This document shows positions 55,763-64,000 of a stretch of 64,000 bases of DNA, piece by piece. Numbering within the stretch: the stretch's first letter is position 1; every line of letters begins with the position of its first letter. Made by a program: the position numbers and the translations under genes. The stretch spans positions 2,530,377-2,594,376 of the forward strand of contig OZ244838.1 of the NCBI GenBank assembly GCA_965220695.1. Reading direction: 5' to 3'. The notes under the pieces were generated by a model, which was not told the DNA's origin, ran no database searches, and saw only the letters and a program-made list of their open reading frames with translations. This DNA is from Vicinamibacterales bacterium. GTDB taxonomy: Bacteria; Acidobacteriota; Vicinamibacteria; Vicinamibacterales; UBA8438.

Positions 55763-56025
55763 ATGTGATCGTCCCCTGACACCGTGGCTCCATGATATCG
55801 CACACGCGGACATTCGATATCAATGCCATGGCCGCGCGAATCAGCAGCAACCGCGAGGATACGCGCGCAATGAGGCCGACACGCGAGATCGGCCAGTCTG
55901 GGATCACTCCATCCGCAACCGCCCGCCGAACGAACTGCGCGGGGTCGTCGGGCACGAAGATGAGAATGCGGAGGGATGCCGCATAATGGGCGTCTGTTCG
56001 CCGGATATGCGCGGAGTGACGACAA

Positions 56026-57093
56026 ATGTGGAGCAAACCTGGCCGCTGGCCGACAACGAAGGCACGGATAACGACTTCCACCGTTTCAGTCGCGGGTCTG
56101 GCCATCGCCTGCGCAGCACTGGCGGCGCCGGCGATGGGACAGTCAGCCTCGACGGCGCCGCGCACGGCGTACGGCGACCCGGACATCCAGGGGCTGTTCA
56201 CGTTTCGCACCCTGACCCCGCTGCAGCGTCCGGTCATCGATGCCGGCGCGTCGGCGCTGCTGGCGGGCAGGGACGCGCTCACCGCGGAGCAGGCGGCCGA
56301 GTACGAAGCCTCACGGCGCCGTGAGCTCAATCGCGACACGCAGAATCTCGAGGTCCACGCACCGGGTGTGCGCTACCAGTCCCGCGCGGAGGGCGGTGTC
56401 GGCGGATACAACGAGTTCTGGTACGAGCGCGGCATCGAGCTGACCCGCGACAAGCGCACGTCGCTGATCGTGGACCCCCCTGACGGCCGGGTGCCCTACC
56501 GCCAGGCGTATCAGGCCGCGGCGCGGATTCGAGGGGCGAACATCAGCAACGGTTTCGCCGACTCCTACACCGATCGCAGCCTCTCCGACCGCTGTCTGCT
56601 GGGGTTCAATGCCGGTCCGCCGATGGTGTCCAGCGCCTACAACAACAACGTCCTGATACTACAGACGCCGGACCATGTCGTGATCGTGAACGAGATGGTG
56701 CACAACGCACGCATCATCCCGCTCGACGGCCGTCCCCACGGCCGACTCAGGCAATACTCGGGCGATTCCCGCGGCCACTGGGAAGGGGACACGCTGGTGG
56801 TCGAAACGACGCACTTCCTGCGCGAGACCAGCCTCGGCGGGTCGAGTCGGGACACCTCCCTGGTCGAGCGCTTTCGACGCCTGGACCCCGATGCCGTGAT
56901 GTACGAGTTCACGGTCGAGGATCCGAACGGCTATACACGCCCCTGGACCGCGCGCATGCCGCTGCGCCGCACCGACGGGCCGCTGTTCGAGTACGCCTGC
57001 CACGAGGGCAACATCGGCCTCGCGGGCATTCTCGCCGGCGCCAGGCGCCTGAACATCCAGCGGGTGCCGCCCGCCGCCGATCCGCAGCCATGA
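56026..57093 (+). CDS. Conserved secreted hypothetical protein (paralog of 46559..47599)
   Basis: Signal-like AGLAIACAALAAPAMG. Shares the motifs PDIQGLF, YNNNVLILQTPDHVVIVNEMVHNARI, GDTLVVE, FEYACHEGN. Confidence 0.6.
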   Translation: MWSKPGRWPTTKARITTSTVSVAGLAIACAALAAPAMGQSASTAPRTAYGDPDIQGLFTFRTLTPLQRPVIDAGASALLAGRDALTAEQAAEYEASRRRELNRDTQNLEVHAPGVRYQSRAEGGVGGYNEFWYERGIELTRDKRTSLIVDPPDGRVPYRQAYQAAARIRGANISNGFADSYTDRSLSDRCLLGFNAGPPMVSSAYNNNVLILQTPDHVVIVNEMVHNARIIPLDGRPHGRLRQYSGDSRGHWEGDTLVVETTHFLRETSLGGSSRDTSLVERFRRLDPDAVMYEFTVEDPNGYTRPWTARMPLRRTDGPLFEYACHEGNIGLAGILAGARRLNIQRVPPAADPQP

Positions 57094-57824
57094 GCGCCTC
57101 TGCCCGCGCCGGCGCCGCGCTGGCGGCCATCCTGACGTTCGGCGCCGCGGGTCAGGTGAGCGGACCGGGCGCGCAGTCCGCCGGACCCCGATTCGTCACT
57201 CACACGATCGCAGCGGAGTTGAGCGGCGGCTACCAGCCGATCGTCGTGGACCTCAATCGCGACGGGCGTCCGGACGTCATCGGATTGTCGACCAGACTCG
57301 ACGAACTGGCCTGGTTCGAAAACCCGGGCTGGGAGCGGCATGTCCTGACCACCGGCCTGAACCGTGCAATCAATCTCGCGGCGCGGGATCTCGACGACGA
57401 CGGCATTCCCGAACTGGTGGTCGCTCACGAGTTTGGCACATCGCACGGGGCCAGCCTGGGCATCCTGTCGCTCCTGACGCATCAGGGCGACCCGACCAGA
57501 CCCTGGACGGTCCGGGAGATCGATCGCACACCGACCGCCCACCGCCTGCGCTGGGCCGATATCGACGGCGACGGGCGGGATGCAGTCGTCACCGGCGACC
57601 GGGGCGATGTGCGCAGCCTGTATCTGTACACGGCGACCGACGCCGAGGGCGCCGACTGGTCGCGTCAGATCATCGATGATGGCGGCATGTCGCCATCGGG
57701 CTGCGCGCCGAGACCCCGGTCGGACTGTTCCGGGTCGACATCGGCTTTCCGCTGTCACGCACCGGCGATGACCCGCTCGCGCGCTGGTTCTTCTCGCTCG
57801 GGCAGACGTTCTAGCAGCCCGTGA
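57090..57824 (+). CDS. FG-GAP/VCBS-repeat protein, apparently frameshifted near 57686
   Basis: VDLNRDGRPDVI, DLDDDGIPELV, DIDGDGRDAVV repeats. After ...SRQIIDDGG the frame turns Arg/Ser/Pro-rich (junk-like). A different frame reads HVAIGLRAETPVGLFRVDIGFPLSRTGDDPLARWFFSLGQTF and ends at TAG 57812-57814. Confidence 0.45.
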   Translation: MSASARAGAALAAILTFGAAGQVSGPGAQSAGPRFVTHTIAAELSGGYQPIVVDLNRDGRPDVIGLSTRLDELAWFENPGWERHVLTTGLNRAINLAARDLDDDGIPELVVAHEFGTSHGASLGILSLLTHQGDPTRPWTVREIDRTPTAHRLRWADIDGDGRDAVVTGDRGDVRSLYLYTATDAEGADWSRQIIDDGGMSPSGCAPRPRSDCSGSTSAFRCHAPAMTRSRAGSSRSGRRSSSP

Positions 57825-57866
57825 TAGAAGCCCCGCCGGTACCCGGAGCTGGGTCCCTGCGTCACG

Positions 57867-59852
57867 ATGCCGAGCATCGATCCGGGTACAATCAGACGCC
57901 TCGTGGCTGACGAGCAGACCCCTTTGCCGTTCGTCTCTCCCACCGAGTCCCCCGCCGAAGCGACGCTGAAGGCGATGACGGCCGGGATTCTCTTCGGGAT
58001 CCTGTTCGGCGCAGCCAACGCCTATCTGGGGCTGCGGGCGGGGTTGACGATCTCGACGTCGATCCCGGTGGCGGTGATGACGGTGGCGCTCTTTCGAGCG
58101 CTCCGCGCCGGCGGTGTCCAGAGCGGCATCCTCGAGGCCAACCTCTCGCAGACCGTCGGGTCGGCCTCCAGTTCGGTCGCCAGCGGGGTGATCTTCACGT
58201 TGCCGGCGCTCTTCCTCTGGGGTTTCGACACCAACCTCCTGCAGATCACCATCCTGGCGATGAGTGGGGGGCTTCTTGGCGTCCTCTTCATGATCCCGCT
58301 CAGGCCGTTTCTGATTGTGCGGGAGCACCGAAATCTGCCCTATCCCGAGGGCACCGCCTGTGCCGAGGTGCTCAAGGCCAGCCAGATGGGAGGCGCACGC
58401 GCCCGCAACGTGTTCCTCGGGCTGGGACTCGGGGCGCTGTTCAAGGGCGTCACCGGCTGGATGCGGGCCGTGCCGGACGAGCTCCAGATCTCCATTCCGT
58501 TTCTCAGGAAGGGCCAGCTCGGCACCGCGGTGAGCGCCGCCCTCTTCGGCGTCGGCTATATCCTGGGCCCTCGCATCGCCACGATCATGGTCGGCGGCGG
58601 ACTGCTGTCCTGGCTGGTCATCATCCCGGCGATGGCGTGGTGGGGCGAGGGCCGGATGGTGCCGCTCTATCCCGAGACGACGCTGGTGATCGATGAGATG
58701 ACGCCGAGTCTGCTCTGGACCCGCTATGTTCGCTATATCGGAGCGGGTGCGGTTGCCACCGGCGGCCTGATCACGCTGGTCCGGAGCGTTCCCACCATGG
58801 TCGCAAGCTTCCGGATCGGCTCGCGGCAGATTCGGGAGCGGCTCACGGCCGGGGCGGGCACCGCCCTTCTTCGGACCGAGCGGGACCTCTCGCTCGGCGT
58901 CGTGGGGTTCGGCGCTCTGGCGATCTTTGCCATCCTCGCCGTTGTGCCGATGGCGTTCAGCAGCATCGAGGTGGCTGCCGGGCGTGCCCTGGCGGCGCTG
59001 CTGGTCGTCGTCTTCGCCTTCTTCTTCGTGACCGTCAGCTCCCGGATTGTGGGACTCGTGGGTGTGACGTCGAACCCGACCAGCGGGATGACGATCGCCA
59101 CCTTGCTCGGTACGTCCTCGTTGTTCCTGCTGCTCGGCTGGACCGACGACGCCGGCAAGGTGGCCGCACTGACGGTTGGTGCCGTTGTCGCCATCGCCGC
59201 GTCGATCGCGGGCGACACGTCGCAGGATCTGAAGACCGGTTTCCTGCTCGGGGCGACGCCGCGGCGTCAGCAGATTGGCGAGCTGGTGGGGGTGATGACC
59301 TCCGCGGCGTTCGTGGCGTTGACGCTGCTGCTCCTGGCCCGGGCGTATGGTTTCGGCGGCGCAGAGCTCCCCGCCCCCCAGGCGATGCTGATGCGGCTCG
59401 TCATCGACGGGGTGCTCAGCCAATCGCTCCCCTGGACCCTCGTCGCCGTCGGCGCTGGAATCGCCATCGTCGTCGAGCTGCTGCGGATCCCGTCGCTGCC
59501 GTTCGCGGTCGGCGTCTATCTCCCGGTTTCGACGATGATTCCGGTCTTCCTCGGCGGGTTGCTCCGGATGATCCTCGAGCGCGGTGCCGCTACGAGCGGG
59601 GAGCGGGCCGCCCGGCGAGACCGGGGGATCCTCTTTGGGTCCGGTTTGGTGGGTGGGGAAGGATTGATCGGGGTGGTGATCGCCGGTGCGGCCGGCTATG
59701 CGGTCTCTCGAGGGCGGACGCCCTGGAGCCTGGGAGACGCCTGGGCCGGCGCGGCGGCGGAGTGGCTCGCGCTCCTGCTGCTCGTCGGGCTCATCGTCGG
59801 CTTCTGGCGACTCGCGGCGCCTCGGGCCGCCCGACCACACGGGAGGGCCTAG
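57867..59852 (+). CDS. OPT-family oligopeptide transporter
   Basis: 661 aa, multi-TM. GILFGILFGAANAYLGLRAGLTISTSIP and PYPEGTACAEVL resemble OPT-superfamily motifs. Confidence 0.8.
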   Translation: MPSIDPGTIRRLVADEQTPLPFVSPTESPAEATLKAMTAGILFGILFGAANAYLGLRAGLTISTSIPVAVMTVALFRALRAGGVQSGILEANLSQTVGSASSSVASGVIFTLPALFLWGFDTNLLQITILAMSGGLLGVLFMIPLRPFLIVREHRNLPYPEGTACAEVLKASQMGGARARNVFLGLGLGALFKGVTGWMRAVPDELQISIPFLRKGQLGTAVSAALFGVGYILGPRIATIMVGGGLLSWLVIIPAMAWWGEGRMVPLYPETTLVIDEMTPSLLWTRYVRYIGAGAVATGGLITLVRSVPTMVASFRIGSRQIRERLTAGAGTALLRTERDLSLGVVGFGALAIFAILAVVPMAFSSIEVAAGRALAALLVVVFAFFFVTVSSRIVGLVGVTSNPTSGMTIATLLGTSSLFLLLGWTDDAGKVAALTVGAVVAIAASIAGDTSQDLKTGFLLGATPRRQQIGELVGVMTSAAFVALTLLLLARAYGFGGAELPAPQAMLMRLVIDGVLSQSLPWTLVAVGAGIAIVVELLRIPSLPFAVGVYLPVSTMIPVFLGGLLRMILERGAATSGERAARRDRGILFGSGLVGGEGLIGVVIAGAAGYAVSRGRTPWSLGDAWAGAAAEWLALLLLVGLIVGFWRLAAPRAARPHGRA

Positions 59853-59868
59853 CAGCCTGCGCGGCGTG

Positions 59869-60279
59869 CTACGTCCTCGCGGTCACGCGCTCGATATATG
59901 TCAGTGCGGCGCGCGTCAGGAACGCCGACCGCGTCATCCCGCTGATCTTCGCCGCAGCGTCGATGATCCCGAGCGCGGTCGCTGGGATTGACACGTTCAG
60001 TCGCACCGCTCGAAGCGGCGGCGCGTCGCTTTCGAGGTCGACGTCGACCACGCCGACAAGATGGCCGGGCGGCAGGTCGACCGGCTCTTCAGCGCTCGGC
60101 AATCCGACCGGCTGGCCGATCTCGATCAGCGTCTGCACATGGCATCGGATGGCCTCGGCGGCGTTGTTGATCGCGTCGGCCAGCGTGTCGCCTGCGGACG
60201 TGCAGCCGGGCAGGTCCGGCACCGTCACGTCGTAGCCGACACCCGGCTCGCTGCCGTCAAGCACAATCAGATATCGCAT
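59869..60279 (-). CDS. hicB: HicB-family antitoxin with C-terminal RHH
   Basis: MRYLIVLDGSEPGVGYDVTVPDLPGCTSAGDTLADAINNAAEAI. C-terminal SIPATALGIIDAAAKISGMTRSAFL. Confidence 0.8.
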   Translation of the reverse strand: MRYLIVLDGSEPGVGYDVTVPDLPGCTSAGDTLADAINNAAEAIRCHVQTLIEIGQPVGLPSAEEPVDLPPGHLVGVVDVDLESDAPPLRAVRLNVSIPATALGIIDAAAKISGMTRSAFLTRAALTYIERVTART

Positions 60280-60512
60280 TAACGGTTCCTCCAGTCCCAG
60301 GCGGCCTGCTTGTAGATATTCCGCAGCGTGCCGACGCGGATGTCCTTGCGCGGGTGCGGCACCGTCACGACGCCAAGCTTCGCGTTGTGTGCGTAGTGAT
60401 GATGGCTCCCACTCACGCGCACGCGATACCAGCCATCACGCACCAGCCGCCTGATGATTGCCGCGCTGTGAGTGTGTGTAAAATTACACACTTCGGCGCA
60501 GCGTGTAAACAA
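60279..60512 (-). CDS. hicA: HicA-family mRNA interferase toxin
   Basis: ...IIRRLVRDGWYRVRVSGSHHHYAH...VTVPHPRKDIRVGTLRNIYKQAAW. The TAA stop overlaps the hicB ATG (TAATG). The start is uncertain. Confidence 0.75.
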   Translation of the reverse strand: MFTRCAEVCNFTHTHSAAIIRRLVRDGWYRVRVSGSHHHYAHNAKLGVVTVPHPRKDIRVGTLRNIYKQAAWDWRNR

Positions 60513-60524
60513 AAAATACCGGTT

Positions 60525-62153
60525 TTATTGTGTTTTCTCGTTCGATGTTCGTGCCACTCGTCGCGGATTGGGGCTGTGTCGGCGTCGAGGATGCCCCGTA
60601 AGGCCGTCTGCCGCGCCTGTCGGCCGATCGGGCTGATCCGACATCAAGCGGCGGACTTCCTCGGCATCCACGTCGGACGGCAGGCCGAACCCGCGTCCAT
60701 AGCCGAACAGCTCCGCCACCGTCTTCGATCCGAAGCGGTTGTCGAGCAGCTCCAGATGATCGGCCGTCACGAGGGCGGGATGCGGCACGCCGCACGCGTG
60801 GCTCAACGCGAGCACGTCTTTTCTGAGCGCCACGACGTAGTTGGCGAGCCGCGCCGCCTTGAGGGTCGGGTCGAGGCCGCGAATCAGCCAGGGATTCTGG
60901 GTCGTAATGCCGGTGGGACAGTGGTTCGTGTGACACCGCTGGGCCTGGATGCAGCCGATGGCGAGCAGCGCTTCCCGTCCCACGTTGATCAGATCGCAGC
61001 CGAGCGCGAACGCAAAGACGGCGGCCTCCGGGAACCCGAGCTTGCCTGACCCGGCGAACACCACCTGCTGGTGGAGCCCTTCCTCGTGAAAGATCTTCTG
61101 CACGCGGCTGAATCCGATCTTGAACGGCAGCGCCACGTGGTCGGTGAACACGAGCGGCCCGGCGCCCGTACCGCCTTCGCCCCCGTCGATCGTGATGAAG
61201 TCGACACCGCGGGTACCCGTCGACATGAGTCGCGCGAGGTCGGTCCAGAAGGTCGATTCGCCGACCGCCGACTTGATACCGACCGGCAACCCGGTTGCCG
61301 CCGCGAGGGACTCGGCGAAATCGAGCAGCTCGTCCGCGTTCCCGAAGGCGCTGTGCCCGGTTGGGCTGGCGCAATCGCGATCGCGCGGAATGCCGCGGGT
61401 CTCGGCAATCTCCACGCTGATCTTCGCCTGCGGCAGCAGACCGCCGACGCCCGGTTTCGCGCCCTGACTCAGTTTGATCTCGATCGCGCGAATCTGGGGA
61501 CAGCGCTCGACGGTCTCTTTCAGCCGCGTCATGCTGAAGCGGCCGTCGGCGTCACGGCAGCCAAAGTACCCGGTGCCAAGCTGCCAGACGAGATCCCCGC
61601 CGTGCAGGTGATACGGCGAGACGCCCCCTTCACCGGTGTTGTGCAGGCAGCCGGCGATCCTCGACCCGCCGTTGAGCGCCTCGACCGCGGGGCCACTCAA
61701 CGATCCGAAGCTCATGCCCGAGACGTTGACGATCGACGTCGGGCGGAACGCCTTCGCGCGCCCGCGCGCCGCGCCAAGCACTTTCGCGCACGCGATCGTG
61801 AACAAGGGGTCGTAGGCCGGATCTCCGGGAACGGGCGTCCGCAGCGGAAACGTGTTGTGCTTGATGACGAGGAAATTGGGCTGCAACTCCATGTCCTGGT
61901 CGGAGCCGAACCCGAAGTAGTTGTTCTCCCGCTTCGAAGACGTGTACACCCAGCGCCGCTGGTCGCGGCTGAACGGCCGCTCCTCGTTGTTGCTCGTCAC
62001 GATGTATTGACGCAACTCGGGGCCGACGGCTTCAAGCCAATAGCGGAAGTGCCCGATAATCGGGAAGTTCCTGAGAATCGCGTGCTGGCGCTGCACGAGA
62101 TCGTACGCCACGACGGCGGCCAGCAGCCCGAGCGCGCTGAAGAGCAGGACCAT
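60525..62153 (-). CDS. FMN-binding glutamate-synthase-family (GltB domain 2-like) membrane-anchored protein
   Basis: 542 aa. N-terminal TM. SGMSFGSLS, IEIKLSQGAKPG.GG.LP, ITIDGGEGGTGA, CHTN.CPTGI motifs. Confidence 0.85.
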   Translation of the reverse strand: MVLLFSALGLLAAVVAYDLVQRQHAILRNFPIIGHFRYWLEAVGPELRQYIVTSNNEERPFSRDQRRWVYTSSKRENNYFGFGSDQDMELQPNFLVIKHNTFPLRTPVPGDPAYDPLFTIACAKVLGAARGRAKAFRPTSIVNVSGMSFGSLSGPAVEALNGGSRIAGCLHNTGEGGVSPYHLHGGDLVWQLGTGYFGCRDADGRFSMTRLKETVERCPQIRAIEIKLSQGAKPGVGGLLPQAKISVEIAETRGIPRDRDCASPTGHSAFGNADELLDFAESLAAATGLPVGIKSAVGESTFWTDLARLMSTGTRGVDFITIDGGEGGTGAGPLVFTDHVALPFKIGFSRVQKIFHEEGLHQQVVFAGSGKLGFPEAAVFAFALGCDLINVGREALLAIGCIQAQRCHTNHCPTGITTQNPWLIRGLDPTLKAARLANYVVALRKDVLALSHACGVPHPALVTADHLELLDNRFGSKTVAELFGYGRGFGLPSDVDAEEVRRLMSDQPDRPTGAADGLTGHPRRRHSPNPRRVARTSNEKTQ

Positions 62154-62332
62154 CGGTCCATTCTACGGGAGACGCGGCCAGCCGCGGTGTTGGCGCCTGA
62201 AAACCCCGGGCTGCAGGAGCACGTCACCGTTTCGGCGGACACTGGACGGCAATCGGTGCGAAAACTGGTAGACTCGCCGTGATCACGCACGAAGAGTTCA
62301 CGACCCGCGGAGCCACCCCCAGGGAGCAGACC

Positions 62333-63208
62333 ATGTGCGACGAATACACCCAGAAGGATGCCGATGAATTCCTCCGCCGCTCGGGGGTGACGCGACGCGA
62401 GTTCGGCCAGATCTCGGCGGCAGCGGGCCTCGCGGCGATGCTCCCCGGCATCGCGAATGCCCAGGCGGTCACCGAGACCGACGTGGAAGTCACCACCCCG
62501 GACGGCGTGGCCGACTGCTACCTCGTGCACCCGGCGACCGGCCGGCATCCCGCGGTCCTGGTCTGGCCCGACATCCTCGGCCTGCGCCCGGCGTTCCGCG
62601 CCATGGGCAGGCGTCTGGCCGAGTCCGGCTACACCGTGCTGACGGTCAACCCCTTCTACCGGGACGCGCGGTCACCGGTCGTCGAGGAAGGCGCCAGCTT
62701 TGCAGACCCGGAGACCCGCAACATCGTGTTTCCGATGGCGGGCAATCTCAACGCCGACACCCACTTCACGGACGCCAGAGCGTTCGTGAGCTTTCTCGAT
62801 CAGCAGTCAGCGGTGGATACCGGCAGGAGAATCGGCACCACCGGCTACTGCATGGGTGGCCCGATGGTGATGCGAACGGTGGCGGCCGTCCCCGATCGGC
62901 TGGGCGCCGGCGCGACCTTTCACGGTGGGGGCCTGGCGACCGACGCCGACGACAGTCCGCATCTGCTGATTCCGGACACCACCGCGCACATGCTGCATTG
63001 CGTGGCGGAGAATGACGACGAGAACAACCCCGACGTCAAGAACATCCTGCGCGAGGCGTACGACGCCGCGGGCATCCCGGCGGAGATCGAGGTCTATGCC
63101 GGCGCCATGCACGGCTGGTGCCCGCCCGACATGCCGGTCTACAACGAGGCGCAGGCCGAACGGGCATGGAGCCGGATGCTGGTGCTCTTCGAAACGGCGC
63201 TGGCATGA
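62333..63208 (+). CDS. Tat-exported dienelactone hydrolase
   Basis: Track ORF 62279..63208. ATG 62333 follows GGGAG. TRREFGQISAAAGLAAM leader. GYCMGG nucleophile motif. HGW near the C-terminus. Confidence 0.8.
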   Translation: MCDEYTQKDADEFLRRSGVTRREFGQISAAAGLAAMLPGIANAQAVTETDVEVTTPDGVADCYLVHPATGRHPAVLVWPDILGLRPAFRAMGRRLAESGYTVLTVNPFYRDARSPVVEEGASFADPETRNIVFPMAGNLNADTHFTDARAFVSFLDQQSAVDTGRRIGTTGYCMGGPMVMRTVAAVPDRLGAGATFHGGGLATDADDSPHLLIPDTTAHMLHCVAENDDENNPDVKNILREAYDAAGIPAEIEVYAGAMHGWCPPDMPVYNEAQAERAWSRMLVLFETALA

Positions 63209-63262
63209 CAGGCCGGCGTGCCGCCTCGTCTCGCCGCGCCAACCGCGGCGCCGGTGCCCGGC

Positions 63263-64000
63263 TTAGCGGGCGGTATAGGTCTGACTGAAACCGTTGCGGC
63301 TGTTCGTGACGGTGAATGTACCGTCCCCGCTCACCGACGCCCGAATCCAATGGCCCTCGCAGGCGTCGGTCTCGTCCAGGTTGGCGATCATCTCAACCGC
63401 CGTGTTGTGCGCCGGGTCCGGATCGAGCAGTGAACGATGACCCTGCCAGATGCCTTCGATGCCCGGACTCCGTGTCATCCGCTCGTAGTGAGCGGTCGAG
63501 ACCTCGCGGAATCCGGGTGACGTGCCTCCGAGTCCCTTCCGCGGACCGTTGTTCACGACGATGACCTGCGGCTTGATCGCGAACACGTGCGCCGGCGCAC
63601 CCGCGTCGTCCCAGGCCGCGTGCCGGCTGGTCTGATAAAGCGTGACCTCGCCCACCTTGTTGACGGGACACGCCAGCTCGAACTCCTTGGCCCAGTTGAG
63701 GTCCCCGAGGTCGAGAAACGTGAACCGGCCGTACGTGAAGAGCGCCCCGACGCTGCGCTGATTCTCCGGACTGGCCTGCGGCTTCTGTTCGGCTGTTGCG
63801 CACAGCGGGTTGGGACCGCCGCCGTTGAGGGGCGTCTCGATCAGGCGGCCATCCGACGCGATGACGTCGATCTCGACCGCGCCGAACGGGATGCGCTCTC
63901 CCGCCGCCACGGCGACCCGCTTGTCGCCGCACACGCGCAGATAGGCGTCGACCCATTGCTGGTTGCTCTCTTCGGTATTGGTCCCATGGTCGAGACAGCG
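63263..64000 (-). CDS. MBL-fold (ComEC-type lactamase_B-like) hydrolase, C-terminal part; 5' end outside window
   Basis: The frame is open to the window edge. FTFLDLGDL...VGEVTLYQTSRHA...PQVIVVNNGPRKG resembles the ComEC-like MBL hydrolases of soil bacteria. Confidence 0.5.
   Translation of the reverse strand, partial: RCLDHGTNTEESNQQWVDAYLRVCGDKRVAVAAGERIPFGAVEIDVIASDGRLIETPLNGGGPNPLCATAEQKPQASPENQRSVGALFTYGRFTFLDLGDLNWAKEFELACPVNKVGEVTLYQTSRHAAWDDAGAPAHVFAIKPQVIVVNNGPRKGLGGTSPGFREVSTAHYERMTRSPGIEGIWQGHRSLLDPDPAHNTAVEMIANLDETDACEGHWIRASVSGDGTFTVTNSRNGFSQTYTAR

Noticed and set aside
1-64000. Searched intergenic regions for tRNA (including tRNA-Sec), rRNA, integrase/transposase genes, prophage or cas genes, and selA/selB/selD
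   Set aside because: None was recognised by eye. The absence of Sec machinery from this window says nothing about the rest of the genome.

Overview
High-GC (roughly 65-70%) bacterial chromosomal window. The gene content (CarboxypepD_reg/TonB-dependent-receptor-like outer membrane protein, many Tat/Sec-exported hydrolases, REP-type hairpin repeats) suggests an Acidobacteria-like soil or sediment organism; that placement is inference only. No rRNA, tRNA, CRISPR array, integrase or transposase was recognised. Left to right: (1) the SOS mutagenesis cassette imuA(partial)-imuB-dnaE2, with a 57/58-bp tandem duplication of the imuB-stop/dnaE2-start junction; (2) a minus-strand efflux operon: small HTH-like gene, two tandem RND permeases, periplasmic adaptor; (3) 13.3-24.3 kb, the most unusual part: an AT-rich control region and a small Cys-rich secreted peptide gene, then five tandem paralogs of an NHL-like beta-propeller lipoprotein. 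Three of these are translationally coupled to a membrane-anchored PCYCGC-family protein whose reading frame holds a conserved in-frame TGA where a CxxC cysteine is expected (U-P-V-C), followed by a strong hairpin. I read these as candidate selenoproteins. The amplification units are separated by 42-bp hairpin (REP-like) arrays, 20-bp GAATTCAGCGGG arrays and dead fragments of two neighbouring genes; (4) a lower-GC 2.45-kb three-gene insert (hypothetical, DUF5678-like, retropepsin-like protease); (5) a redoxin/AhpC-TSA-type protein with W-[TGA]-P-Y-C, a clear Sec-for-Cys substitution, fused to a DsbD-N-like domain. This shows the organism probably decodes UGA as Sec; (6) ordinary accessory metabolism (alpha/beta hydrolases, a 2Fe-2S plus molybdopterin oxidoreductase pair, MBL-fold, SDR, carboxylesterase, CapA, dienelactone hydrolases, enolase-superfamily enzyme, OPT transporter, GltS-like FMN protein), interspersed with five toxin-antitoxin modules, including a HepT-DUF429 fusion. 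All calls rest on reading the ORF track and sequence by eye. Family names are recalled motif matches, not database hits.
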